64,000 nt of DNA, from contig NC_135917.1 in assembly GCF_964194155.1 (NCBI RefSeq), positions 10,230,001 to 10,294,000 on the forward strand, given 5' to 3'. A program made the position numbers and the translations under genes. Every line of letters starts with the position of its first letter. Position 1 is the stretch's first letter. The notes beneath the pieces were generated by a model that saw only the letters and a list, made by a program, of their open reading frames with translations, was not told where the DNA came from and did not search any database. Origin of the DNA: Cetorhinus maximus. Its lineage: Eukaryota. Of this stretch, positions 48,297 to 61,559 are shown one piece after another.

Positions 48297-51200
48297 CAAG
48301 TCTGATCGCAAACCTTGAAGAATGCAATACATCAGTTAAAACACACTCCAGTTAGTTCAAATACACAGTGGGATGGGCCGAAACCTTGTTGGGTTTAGTA
48401 CATGGACGGCCAACCATGTTGTCACTATCAAGCCAGATTATCAGCAAAAATGAAGGCTGGGTCAGAGCAGCATTGATTGGAGGCTAAAGAATAGTCTTAA
48501 GCAAGCTTGCCTGGCTGCTTTTTATTACAAGGCAGCTGCACTAGTATTGCTCAAGCCCCACTCGAGACAATCAAGCCCGTAATCTCTGTTTATGCTCCCC
48601 ATGCAGTACTGGAGGGAGGAGTGCTGCACTGTTGGAGGTGCTGCCTTGCTATCGAAACGTGAGAACAGACAGGACCTCGATTTTGCAGGTTAACGTAACC
48701 AATCCCATGGCCCTATTGTGAAAAACAAGAGTAGGGGGAACACTCCCTGGTGTCCTGGCCAATATTTATCCCTCAACTATCAGTAAAGCAGCTCAAGTGA
48801 TCAGTTGTCACATTGCTTGCTGCTTGTGGGAGCTTGCTGTGTGCAAAATGGCTGCCGCATTTCCAACATTACAATAATGATGACACTTCAAAAGTACTTC
48901 CCTGGTAAAGCACTTTGGGGCACGCCAAGGTCAGAGTAAAAAGTGGACGTTCTTTTCTAGATTGCACCACCAAGATGGAACTGGTCCATGCAGAGTTAGA
49001 GCTCAGTCAAGATGGTGGCAAGGTTGGACTGATTCAGGTGGGTGGCGGTCGAAGAGCTACCTTTTGCTCATCTCTATCCAGTGGCTCTGCTGTATGCGTG
49101 GGCATTGGACAGACAGAATCAGGCTTGGATGTGATAAATCCAGCAGTTTCCCCACCCTTTCCCCCCTACTCCCAAATTCGCCTGAAGCCCAAGCAATAAA
49201 CGAAGAAGTTAACGGAGAGGAGTTTCCATTAAGATTTGATGTGAATATGCACGCGCCCAGCATATGCTCTGGCTGTCGGAGGTGCACAGGACACACTTGC
49301 CCTCCATTTGCCCAGTTATGTCAACTATTCCTTCTGTAGAATACAAGCGGGGTGTGCCTTTAAGAAAAGCAACTTGTCCTTTCCAATATGGCTTCTCTGA
49401 GGCCCAGCATGCACTGCAGTCCAGCATTGCAGCAACCAATAAACAAAAGAACAATCCTCCAGTACGCCAGCAGAGATGTGCTCAGTGTTACCCTGCTTCT
49501 AAAACGTTGGCAACTTTCCTTTGGAAGTAGCACGTGGCTTTTTGGAAATTTGGACAATTTTGGAGTGTAGTTGACCCTCGGAGTGTTGCGGGGATTGCCC
49601 CTTTGAAAGCACTTTAGTATTTGCAGAAGACCTTCCCTTACCACCTTCCCCCATTTCCCCTCCCCGCAGCCAACAGAAGTTGAAAGCGACTGGTGTAAAC
49701 CAGGCAGATGGTTACGTGCCAGTTTGCCTGCCCACTGATAACCTTACCCAGCAAGGTTTCGGCCAGTTGATCGTGCAGTGGGCCCTTTTCTTGAGGCCGT
49801 GCAGCATTCGAAATCGTATTAGCAGCATGAAGAAACAGATTTACAAATACCGTCACCAGCCACAACAGCACAGAGGCCCCATACAAAAATATTCAAAGAT
49901 GAAGCGATTTGTTTATACAACAGCAGTAGTCTTAAAACTTGCCTAGCATGTCAAAGTCAAAATACAAGCTCTAGAATATCAAGTTTCACATCAAAACAAA
50001 AGTATTTACAATTGTAACGATTTCTATTTGCATACCATGAGGTAAATTTTTTTTTAAAAAAAAAGATATGGGTGGAAGTCAGTAGTTTTGAGTAAAATGA
50101 GTAACCGATTCCCACGTGCAGTACATGCCAATCTACTTTGGCGTTCAGTGCCAAATCAAGTGGGCATTCAGTGCCAGGACATGTTCAGCAGGTCACCACA
50201 CTATCTGCACGAGAGGCTGAAGGTGATTGAAGGGGCACGGTTGCCAATGGTAAAGCATCTGCCAGCCTTTTTACTACACGGTCATATCAACACAGGAAGG
50301 TGCACTGACCTCGCTGCTGTGCCGATCTGGGGGGGGAGCTGGGGGATGGAGGAGGGGCTTTGCGGGTGATAATAGAATGATATTTGACTGGGGATTTCCT
50401 CCTCACTGCCCAGAGACTGGTTTGGCAATGAGGCCCTTTTAAATTTTAAGAGTCGAGCCCTCACTCTAATGCTGTGCTGGTCAGACAATAAACCCTTTAA
50501 CCCATAATTCAAAAGCAATCAACCTCCACATTTTAATTCTGAAGTGCCTCCAAGGTGCCTGACAGTTGAAAAGTAGAGCAACACTTGCAGTTGGGGGAAA
50601 TGAGGCAAGTGCATTTATTTATTTATTTTTTTAAAAGCCAGGTGCTGGTTCAGTAGGCAAATGCATTACAGATCAATCAGGTTTAAGGTTCAATTCCTAG
50701 TCTGCACAGAGTTAAGATAGCCTCTCTCGAGGGTAAAAACTGGATCACTAAAAAGAGAATGCTGATGAACAGTGAGGGTGGAATCATTTCCTCCCCCCTG
50801 CCCCTAACAGTCGCTGGTGTCAGGGATGCCAGCAGTTCGATTGACCACCTCTTGTACTCGAGCCTGGTGACTGCCCCACATGATGGCACAGGTAACCTTT
50901 TGCACAAGGTACATTAAAACATTTCAAATCTGGAGCAATCTCAACAGGTCACACTGGGGGAAGAAAAATAAAACTAGCCCCCCAGAAAAAAATAGTATGT
51001 CCCCCTGCTCCTTGTTCACATGCTAGATTTCGCAATTGCTGCCAGTCAAATTTTAATCAGCAACTTTCCCCCACCCCACCTCTCCAAATATCACGTTAAA
51101 AAAACAGCCAGTTAAAAACCATCAACAATTGCAAAAGAATGTTGTTGGGCTAGTTACAAAAAACTGGCTAGGTGACAACTCTGAAAGGGGAGGGGGAAGA

Positions 51201-52739
51201 GCAGAGACAAAACATACACCATCTCCCTTTCTTAATGAACTGAAGCACAGAGTCAAGGCTCACAAGTGCTGTGCGCTGTTTTGAGAGGTACCAGCTTCCC
51301 CTTATAGAGAACTGGAGCACTGACACACACCACCACTAGGTGTCACCAGCACCCTTCACTGCCAAGCTGTGTAGAACTCACTGGGAATGCAGGAGGCCTC
51401 TGATGGCTGAAAGCAAGCGCTGCAACACTTGGTCCTCAACAACTCCGCCAAATTGGGTTCCTTAGTGTGGGAATCTTTAATCCAACAGGCATCCCAGACT
51501 TCTGGTCTTGGGTCAGAAGGCTACTGGGTCCAAAGATGGCAGCATTATTTCCCATTCAGTGATGGCTGCCCAAACCCAATATTCTCGGAAATGCTTCAGT
51601 CTATTTACCCAGGGCTGTTGCTGGGCCTATTTAAGGAACTACAGTGGGAACAATCAATTCAATAACCTCAAGGCAGTTCCCAGTTTGAAGCTTCTAATTC
51701 ATCACCTTAAACCAGTTCTCTTCACAGACCAGTTTTGTAAATTTAGCCTCCTTGTTCCGACAGCTCTCTCCAAACACAGCCAATGTTTTGGGAAGGACTA
51801 CAATCTATGGCGATGCTCCTGTGTGTTTCTCTAAGCTACATGGACAATAGTGCGAGCATTTCACATAATTGCCCTCAAACCCAAGGAAAGTGAAGGGGCA
51901 GTGTCTGCCAAAATCCCAGCTGACACAGTGCTAGCGGACTCTAATTTTCTTACAGTCGAGAACTGTTGGGTGGGTTAGGACCCTAGGTGACCCAACTTTA
52001 AAACCTCAAGGATGTACCGTCAAGGAAACAGCCCAGGAGGTCGGTCAGCCAGGCTGCACTGAAGATTTATATTTTCTTTTGATAAAAAGTTAACCTTCCT
52101 CATGTAATAATCTGAAAACCTGTTTGTTAAAACGAGGGATTAGAGAGCTCAGTTTCAATAAATCGCTTCTCCTGTCCCTCCTACCTGGCAATTCCATTTA
52201 AGTTATACAACAATAAAAACAGAGAACAACGTCCTCCATTTCTTACATGGACCTGAAAAAGACATTAAAAAGGGAATTTCTAAAACAAAATTTAAAAGAA
52301 AACACAACTTTGGGGGGGCGGGGGGGGGGCCCACTGTTTAAGGAACACATTGCAATTTCAAAACAAACCAAATATTTTCATCGTTTGCTCGAAGACAATT
52401 TTTCGTCATGAGCAGTTCCGGCCTTCACCATTGCTGGGAAGCCATTTTGTCCCTTCTGGGTTATGAAAATTACCACTTTCTTATCAAAATGAGATCCATA
52501 AGAAGTTCCTAATACTTTATTGTAGTCTTGGCTTACTTAAGCTTTCCTCAAACCTCCCCCACCACCCTGTTTGCCTTCCCTCCCACCACCCCCAATAAAA
52601 CAGGATACTCTTCCAGTCAACACTTCAGCAGGATTGGCTCTTTATGTAGTGAGGTAGACATTGCTCTGCAGCCACAGTGGCAGGTGGTGTGTAGGTTCGA
52701 TTCCACAGTGCCATGCTTCCCTGCTTCTCGCTCCCCGCC
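48255..52739 (-). other. ACVR1B: Putative ACVR1B 3'UTR (maximal extent uncertain)
   Basis: Repeat-poor sequence downstream of the stop that is U-rich on the minus strand. Minus-strand AATAAA at 52516-52521, about 50614-50627 and 48274-48279. Confidence 0.5.
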
Positions 52740-52865
52740 TCAGATCTTCACGTCCTCTTGTATGCTCAGCTGTGACAACGCTTTCTTGATGCGGAGAGCC
52801 GTCAACCTGGCTGCTCCGTTGGCGTACCAGCACTCCCGCATGATCTTGGTCATGACTCGTAATGC
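52740..52865 (-). CDS. ACVR1B: ACVR1B last coding exon including stop codon
   Basis: Translates to [41 protein letters not shown]. The C-terminal QEDVKI distinguishes ACVR1B from TGFBR1 and ACVR1C. TGA at 52742-52740. Confidence 0.97.
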   Translation of the reverse strand, partial: ALRVMTKIMRECWYANGAARLTALRIKKALSQLSIQEDVKI

Positions 52866-53614
52866 CTGGTTTTTAAAAGAGAGATGGATAACAGTAAGGA
52901 AACGTCGCCAGGCACAAGTCCAGAGTTGGCCTCTCTGCTTCCTCAGTCTAACAGAAAGCCCCGACACGGCTGATGCCCTTTCCTCAAGGTCCCTTGGATC
53001 AGGTCACTTGACAGGGAAGAGCCACCTAAGGAAGGGCTACCTAGATCCCACCCAGGCTCATCCAGTTCCAGATCAGCTTCCAGTCTGGCCAAAAAGGTGT
53101 GCTTTACAGCCAATGAAGTACTCTTTAACAGTGCAGTCACTGTTGTAACATGGGGAGACACAGCAGCTAATTTGCATCGGCAAGCTCCCACAAACAGCAA
53201 ACTGATAATGACCAGATAATCTGTTTATCTGTGATGTTGATTGAGGGATAAACATTGGCCAGGACACAAGGGCGAACTCCCCTGCTCTTTCTTTGCAATA
53301 GGGCCAAGAGATCCCTTACATCTACTTGAGAGGGCAGACATCATCTGTGACAGTGCAGCACACCCTTCAGTGCTGCACATAAGCACTATTATAGCGTTGC
53401 ACTATGTAAGGGCCATCCTCAGGAGTGGTGCACCATGGCAACGGGAGCAATAACTCACGGCTCATTGGTGAACGGGACTTGGGCCTCAGGTTGTATTTGG
53501 AATGCCAATGTCAAATCCCCTTTGCAGCAGCTAAGGCCTTTTAGGATGGCAGGACGTTTTTAAACAAGTAAAAGTTTCCAACTGATACCCCTGTACCCCA
53601 TCCCACAGCCTTAC

Positions 53615-53745
53615 CTCATTAGTATGCCAAATATTGGGGACATTTGGCCTCAGGTTCTGTTCACAAACAACCTTCCTCATTTCCTCTATGGAGGGGTCAG
53701 AGGGCACAAGGTCAAAGTATGGCAGCTGATAATCCTCATGGACTC
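53615..53745 (-). CDS. ACVR1B: ACVR1B exon (human exon 8 equivalent)
   Basis: Translates to [44 protein letters not shown]. Acceptor TTTTTTTTCCCAG|, donor |GTAAGG, 131 bp. Confidence 0.97.
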
Positions 53746-54308
53746 CTGGGAAAAAAAATGTAACCATATAAAGAACTGTCAAATTCTAAAAAATGTTTGG
53801 AATAGTTCTCCATCTGAATAGAACTTGAAAGATTGAATTTGACAGACTCACAAGGGGCCAACACTTCCCTAAAATACAAGTAGAAATCTAACAAGAGGAG
53901 AAGGGAAAATCCCCATCACTATACCCAACTGGTGGTTGAGTCAGGAACTCTCATAACATTTAAGAACTATTTAGATATTCACTTGTGTTGCCATAGCCTC
54001 CAGGGCTATGGGTCAAGCACTGTAAAATGGGATTAGTGTAGTCAGATCTTTGTTGACCGGCACAGATACAATGGGCTGAATGGCCTCCTTCTGTGCTGTA
54101 AATGTCCATGAGTCTATATCTAAATTCACACATAGGGAATTGCCACTCCAGGACTGTTATCCAACAAGAGCTAGCGTCTTCAGTAAAGGAAGAGCCCACA
54201 TTGCCAAGGCAGAACAAATACTGTGTCACTTTTGCCTCCCTTCTGGTAAAAAATGTACTGTCAGTGAAGCATGTTCAGTAAATCTTGTGAACCATCCCCA
54301 TACCAGCT

Positions 54309-54673
54309 TGGGTTGCCAACTCTGGTTGGCCACATTCCTGGATGTTTCATCACATAAACCACCCACCTCAAACGGCCCTGCCCCCACACTCCTGCCATTA
54401 GCCCATCTGGGTTTACTGCCTTCTCACATGCTACCCAGTTGGATTAATCATGACTGTTAAGTGAAACCACCTTTCCCACCACCTCCCACCCAGCCCCAAT
54501 TTTTAAAAAATATAAATTAATAAATTAAAATTTAAGTGTGAAATAAACACTTATTTTTTTGTTAATAACTGCCCCTACGATTTTTCTCCTGGTTTTTGCT
54601 CCCAGCAGCATCTTATAGATTAACCCCCAATTCCTGGAAACTCCAGGGCAATCCTGGAGGGTTGGCAAGCCCC
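54309..54673. mobile_element. hAT (Blackjack-like) non-autonomous element
   Basis: TIRs TGGGTTGCCAAC and GTTGGCAAGCCC. A truncated relative starts TAGGGTTGCCAACCCTCCAGG at 571. Confidence 0.65.
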
Positions 54674-55305
54674 ACAGCAGCCTAAATCCCAGTAAACACA
54701 GAGGGAAACATGTAACTCCAGGATGCCATCCCTGCCTCCCCAGTGCCAGGTACGAGACTAGGAAGGAAACGTCACTGGTCAGCCTAGGTGAGCATGCCAA
54801 AACATGGTTGTGCCAGGCACGGGCAAGTGACTTGGTCTCAATGGAGTCAGGGCACAATCAGACTAACTATAGTATTTGGGCAAAAATGGTCTTGCTCAAC
54901 ACAGATTTATGACAGTTGTAGCCCACGTCCATGGTCAGAGCCTGACCTGGACTAGAGGGAGGCTTCCTGGAAAAGGAACCTTGCTCTGCTTTGTTAGATG
55001 GGTGAGGGTATTAAGAGTTACAGGACCAAGGCACGTAAATGGAATTAAGGCACAAATCAGCTGTGATCTAACTGAACAGCGGAACAGGCCTCGAGGGACT
55101 GAGTGGCCTCCTCCTGTTCCTATGCGTTAAAAAGCGAGTTTGGGCCTTCACAACTAGATTCACAATGAATATGTCTGGCGCTGGCACAAAGCCAAGGCCT
55201 CTTCGCACAGACACCAAATCCGCACTTAGGCCTCAGGTTTCTCTCCTCAGAACACGAGGGGGAAGATGTGTGAAGTGAAAGCAACTTCCAGCAACAGCTC
55301 AGTAC

Positions 55306-55430
55306 CTCCGGTGGAGCATCTGCGAGCTATCTCCCAGTACACCAGCCCGAGGGCGTAAATGTCAGCACACTTGAAGGAATCGAAGTGTTGCATATTGATC
55401 GTCTCGTCCAGTACTTCAGGGGCCATGTAA
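55306..55430 (-). CDS. ACVR1B: ACVR1B exon (human exon 7 equivalent), APE motif
   Basis: Translates to [50 protein letters not shown] is ALK4-type. Acceptor TTTGAAG|, donor |GTACT, 125 bp. Confidence 0.97.
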
Positions 55431-55985
55431 CTTCAAAGAGAAAACAGAGGGAGATTGTTAACTAAAGGGCGGGAATCACAGAATAAAACCAGACAAAAGC
55501 AAATATTAAATTAAACCAGATGACTCTTGACCTTCCAAATATGTCGGAATAGCAATATTCACAGGGAAGGCAGCTGGTCTCTCCCACAATGCATCTTCAC
55601 CACATCCACCCTGTCAAAACTTCATTCTTAAAAATCGGTCAGCTCACCTCTCAGCCTTCTCTTTACTAGAGAAAAGAGCCCTAGCCTGTCCTTCCTGATA
55701 GGTAGGACTTCTCAGGTTTGGTATTCTAGCAAATCATTCTCACACCTTCTCCAGTGTCCCGATACGCCTTCTATAACATGGAGGCAAATCCAATCTTATT
55801 TTCCTTTAACTTGCAGAATAAAATGTTAAATGATCTTTATTAAAATCTACTCATTGTTTAGCTTCTGGAAGCAGAGCTTTCAGTTGCACAATGTTAAAAA
55901 TTCAAAATATATATAAATTTAGATTGTGGCTTTTCCAGATCGTCATATCGAGTTATATTGCTTAAAGCTGTTGATAGTTATTCTC

Positions 55986-56128
55986 AATGGTCACTCATTT
56001 GGCATGGTTGGCACACAGGCTGATGTCCTCAAACAGACCAACCAAATAGGCCTCACTGGCTTCCTGTGAAGCTCCAGTTGCAGCGCTCTGAAACCTCAGA
56101 GCAGTTTTCAAGTCCTGGGCAATCTCAC
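55986..56128 (-). pseudogene. Histone H3.3 processed pseudogene fragment
   Basis: [46 protein letters not shown] aligns to H3.3 [47 protein letters not shown]. In-frame stop, truncated at both ends. Confidence 0.92.
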
Positions 56129-56180
56129 CTGCTGACAACAGTTGTTTGGTAGTACAGAATTTGAGTATTAAAAAAGAGAC

Positions 56181-56216
56181 ATGTTGAAGCTTTTCATCTT
56201 GCACTCATCAGGACAC
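56181..56216 (-). ncRNA. Second-family minimal hammerhead motif within a repeat of about 220 bp (56131-56349)
   Basis: Reads GTGTC-CTGATGA-GT-GCAAG-AT-GAA-AAGCTT-C-AACAT. Palindromic AAGCTT replaces stem III. Both stem defects can be explained by CpG decay. Confidence 0.6.
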
Positions 56217-57134
56217 TTTGCAAGAATACCAATATAAGGGGGAAACAACAATTTATACTGCATGTGAAGAGAGTGTTGATTGGTTGGCAAGTGGACTCTA
56301 ATTGGTAGGGTGTTGCCATGGAGAATGCACCAATGACGGTGGCTGACAATATTAAAAACACTTTTTTACCCCCTTTGCAGAAATAATTGTCAGAATATGG
56401 TCAAGTTTTGACAGGGATTGTAACCTTTAGTCAGCTACAGGACAGCCTGCTCTGAATTCTCAGCACAAAATCCCACTCCTAACAAGAGTGCTTTCATCCC
56501 CTCAACCCTAGGCTGCATTCAAATCACCTGATCCGATGGTTTAAATTCATTCAGACAGTCCCTCTTTGTGCTGAAATTCCCCGGCCATGGGTGCAGGTGG
56601 GAAAAATGTTACCTCGGAGCTTTCCGAGTGTTCCGAGATGGGGCTTTTGAATCACCTCTCCCATTCTCAGGGGAACAGATCCTACAATATCAGTCTCCCC
56701 GCACAGTCGCACCCAGTTTACGTTTCAACTGTCTGGTCATTCTCCATCATGAGGCTTCGCTGAGGAGTTAAGCAACCAGGCCCCAAAAATGGCAAGTTGT
56801 CAATTCTGCTGGAACAAGGCCTCAGATCAGCGTGTGCGACGTCAGCTGCAGTTGTACAATGCAAAAAACAGGTTATGGTGGCACACGAGTGCTTGGGACA
56901 ACTTATCCTGCCTGCTTCTGCTCGCCAACCCCTCAGGTGGTGTTGGGCCTACACAAGAGCTACCATGGCAACTTGCGTCGCCTAGTGCATTTCCTGCCAG
57001 CAATAAAAGGTTTTCCCCACTCCTGCACCTACCTAAACTGAAATACTGGAATTTAATATGGGAAATGGGATTAGTGCTACTCCTTAGAGGGCAAAGGTCG
57101 CAAATGGAGGGGAAGGAGCAGATTTGAATTGTTA

Positions 57135-57308
<174 letters not shown>

Positions 57309-58204
57309 TTACATGGGATCACACTCTGATCTACAGAAAGCACACAAAAAAAACTAAACAATGGAAAGGAGGGAGAAGAGGAAAGGAGACAAGAATAGGG
57401 CTTTTGGCACAGGGTTCCCTGCCCCATCTCTCACCTCCTTTTAACACGCTCCTTAAAATCTACCTCTTTGGCCACGCTTTAGCCCCTATATCTTGTGGGC
57501 CAGAGTCCCAGTTTTGCCCCATAACTGCTCCTGTGAAGCGCCTCGCAACAGTTTAGTGCATCAAAAAGGCGCTATATAAATGCAGGCTGTTGTTAAACTG
57601 ACTATTCCTTTGGCTCCACCACCCCCACAACCAGTTTTTCCTCTCTCCCCCCTTCACACGGTCTGCGAGGAGCGCTATAAAAGAAATGCACTGTTGCCAC
57701 GAGCTGTGAGAAACACCCACTCATTGGCTATAAAAAGTGAAGTTCAAAGCCAACAGACTGGCTCCAAAGGAAATCAGACGCCTGCCTTTAACACTAAACC
57801 TTTTGACACCAGTTGATGGGACACTGCCTGCTGATGTCCAGGAACAAAGGCGAGCTTTTAAAATAGTTTTTGTCATGATTAAACAGCAAATGCATTAACA
57901 GCGCATCCTGTGAGAGAAAGAGTCTCCCTGTGTTAAGGGAAGGCAATCCAGCCTCAGGAGCTGTTAACGAAAGGGCCATTAATGATCAATGGCTGCCTTC
58001 AGGTGAACAGCCGGGAGAGAGGGGGGTGATGGTGAAGTCGGTGGGTGGGGGTGGGGAAGGATGCCAATTCTCCACTGTGGGAATCGCTGTCGGTTTAGCA
58101 ATTTCCTACGGTACACCACTGCCTTCAGATGTGCTATTTGCTGCTGAGTTTGAACAATTTCCATCTCTCTCCGCTCAGGCAACACTAAAACGTCCCCCGA
58201 GGTG

Positions 58205-58880
58205 TTTTGACCATCTACAGGGAGATCAGTTTGAGGAGTTCTTCGCAGAATCATTGACCAGAAACTGAACTGGACCAGCCATATAAACACTGTGGCTGCA
58301 AGAGCAGGTCAGAGACTGGAAATTCTGCAGAGAGTAACTCACCTCCTGACTCCCCAAAGCCTGTCCGCCATCTACAAGGCACAAGTCAGGAGTGTGATGG
58401 AATACTCCCCACTTGCCTGGATGAGTGCAGCCCCAACAATATTCAAGAAGCTCGACACCATCCAGGACAAAGCAGCCCGCTTCATCGGCACCGCATCCAC
58501 CACCTTCAATATTCAGTCCCTCCACCACTGACACACAGTAGCAGCAGTGTGTACCATATACAAGATGCACTGCAGCAACTCACCAAGGCTCCTTCGACAG
58601 CACCTTCCACACCCTCAATTGCTACCATCTAGAAGGACAAGGGCAGCAGACACATGGGAACACCACCACCTGGAAGTTCCCCTCCAAGTCACTCACCATC
58701 CTGACTTGGAAATATATCACCGTCCTTCACTGTCGCTGGGTCAAAATCCTGGAACTCCCTCCCTAACAGCACTGTGGGTGTACCTACACCACATGGACTG
58801 CAGTGGTTCAAGAAGGCAACTCACCACCACCTTCTCAAGGGGCAATTAGGAATGGGAAATACAATGCCAATGACATCCAT
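58205..58880 (+). mobile_element. LINE 3' fragment (CR1-group, Crack/L2-like) in an ACVR1B intron
   Basis: Encodes RAGQRLEILQRVTHLLTPQSLSAIYKAQVRSVMEYSPLAWMSAAP. Tail GGTTCAAGAAGGCAACTCACCACCACCTTCTCAAGGGGCAATTAGG. Confidence 0.88.
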
Positions 58881-61559
58881 ATGCCGTCAACAAATATGTA
58901 TGAAAAAAAAATTGAAAGCAGCCCCTATTTTTATGAAAAACCCAATGCTACCAGCAGTGTGATAGAGATATGGGAAATTTGAAGGCTGCTGGAAGAGATG
59001 CCATAGATTCACCTAGTCCACCTTCCTGTTGTCCACCTTCCGATATAGTTTCCTAAAGGTGCTATCCTCAGGTGGGGTTGAGCATTGCCATCATTTGCTG
59101 TTTTTTGTTTCCAATTTCCAGCACCTGCAGTTTTTTTTGTTTTTTTTTTGCCCCTAGCCAATAACATTCATCTATAGACTTCTCCCTCAGCGGTCTTGTG
59201 GCACAGTGGGTAGTGTCCCTGTCTTTGAGCCAGAAGCTCCGGGTTCAAGTCCCACTCAGGACTTCCTTGGCCATCATGCGGCCAAACAGCTCGAGTGCCA
59301 ACTTGGAAAGATTTACAACACACACCAATGGCAGGTGATGTTCCTGGTCAGCCATGTGATGTTGGCGCCTCTATCATCATTGTCCAGAGCGCCAGACAAC
59401 AGCTTGTGTGTAAAAAGCGTATGCTGCCACAACACCTCGGACTTGAGTGAACTGTAACTCACCACCACCATGCACTTTTCCAATTGAAACGTGAAGAGAC
59501 CCAAACATTCTCCCTCCATGCCAGCCCACCCTGTCTTAGCTTATGCCAGTGCCCTTTATCCTGCTGCTGATAATCTCTGCTCAGAGGGTGCGCTCAGTGC
59601 CCATCACTTTGCCACCTGTGTGCTCTTGCTGTGCACAAATGGGCTGTCACATATCCTATGTTACAACAGGCCCTTGGTCATGAAAGGTGCAATATAAATG
59701 CAAGTTCTTCCCCCAGACCAAAACGAATTAGCGGCACTTGCCCACTGGGTGACCCAGCCTCTCAGCTACCTGTAAACCAGAGTCGATTGGGGAGTTTTAC
59801 AAACCAGGCCTTGCTGGAGTGAAATTAGGAAGCAGATCTTCACATGAAAGGGTGACAGGAGTTTGGAACTCTCTTCTGCAAATGGCAATTGATGCTTGAT
59901 CAACTGCTATTTTTAAATGTGAGATTAATGGAATTTGTTAACCAAAAGGTATCATGGGATATGGGGCAAAGGTCAGGTATATATGGCATATAGGGGTCTC
60001 CCGCTGATTTTAATCAGTATTATCAGGCTACTTGTTGTGAGTAGCCTGTGGAAGTGTATTCCATTGAAGCTTGCTACATCATTGCACCACACCCACATTG
60101 CAAGATTAAGCTTAAAGGGACTTTTATCTTATTGCAAAATTTGGTTGCTAGAGAATATCGTGCTATCAATTGCCCACTGCTGGTCAGCTATATTACAGAA
60201 AGACAACAATTGGGAATATAGGGGCCAATAGCAACTTGGTGGATTTCTGACCAAGCCACGTAAGGAGATATTAGGGCAGATGACCAAAAGCTTGGTCAAA
60301 GTTAGGTTTTAAAGGAGAGTCTTCAAGGAGGAAGAGGTGGAAAGGGCTGTGCATGCGCAGTTTGGGGGGGGGCCGGGGGCATGGAGGAGGGGGAAGTTCC
60401 AGAGTTGTTTACAGCCTGGTCAACCGCAGGCACAGCCACCAATAGTGGAGCAATGAAAATCAGGGATGCGCAATTGACGAGTGCAGAGATCTCGGAGGGG
60501 TGTGGGGCTGGAGGAATACAGAGAGATAGCGAGGGGCGAGGTCACGGAGGGATTTGAAAACAAGGATGAGATTTTTAAAATCAATACATTGCCAGACTGG
60601 GAGCCAACGTAGGTCAGTGAGCACAGGGGCGATAGGGAATGGGACTTGGTGCGAGTTAAGGTATGGGCAGCAGAATTTTGGATAAAATCAAGTTTATGGA
60701 GGGTACTAAGGGTCTGCACGTAATGCAGTACAATGACAACACTGTGGGACTTTTATAGCACAGAAATAGGCCATTCGGCCCAACTGGTCTGTGCTGGTGT
60801 TTATGCTGCACACAAGCCTCTTCCCAACCTTCATCATATCAGTTTAATTACATATGCCTTTCTCATGTGTTTGCCTAGCTTTCCCGTAAATGTTATTCCC
60901 ATTGGTAGCAAGTTCCACATTCTAACTGCCTTGAGAAAAGAAGCTTAAGAATGTTAATGTTTCCTGTTGTGCAATCGCATTCCTGCGCAGGAGGGAGTGT
61001 AACAGGGAACTTAATCCCTTGATTTACAGAAATGTTAAATCTGTGTATGAATAGTTGCTCATCAGGCTTATCTGTTAATCACCACAGCCTGGGCTGGAAA
61101 TGGTGAGGTAGGCCTTTTCCGGTCACCTCACTCAGATCAATGTTTGTTCGGCTGGTTTCCCTTCTTCGAAAGGATTCATTTTCCTGTGCGCGATCATCCA
61201 TCGCTGTCCAATTGTGTGGGTGATTCGTAAACCAAAGGAGCCAGCTCAAGACTGCTCACCTATCTCAACTCCCAGCAAAGGATTCATGGTAGCACCCAGC
61301 ACAGATATGATGGCAGAGGCCAACTGCCTGATAACCGCACCTAGCAAAATTACGCAGTGTGTTCCTGCTCCTTTCCCATCAGGAGTCTGCTATAATCATT
61401 GGTACTCACATGGGGAGCTGAAGTGGAGTCTCTATTTGCAGAAAGACTTGCATTCACATAGCATCTTTCACTACCTCCAGAGGTCCCATGCACCTTGCAA
61501 CCTTTGAAGCGCACTCACTGTTCTAATGCAGGGAACGTGGCACCAATTTGTGCACAGCA

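Noticed and set aside
52528-53148. 206-aa plus-strand ORF
   Set aside because: Antisense shadow of the last ACVR1B exon running into a SINE.
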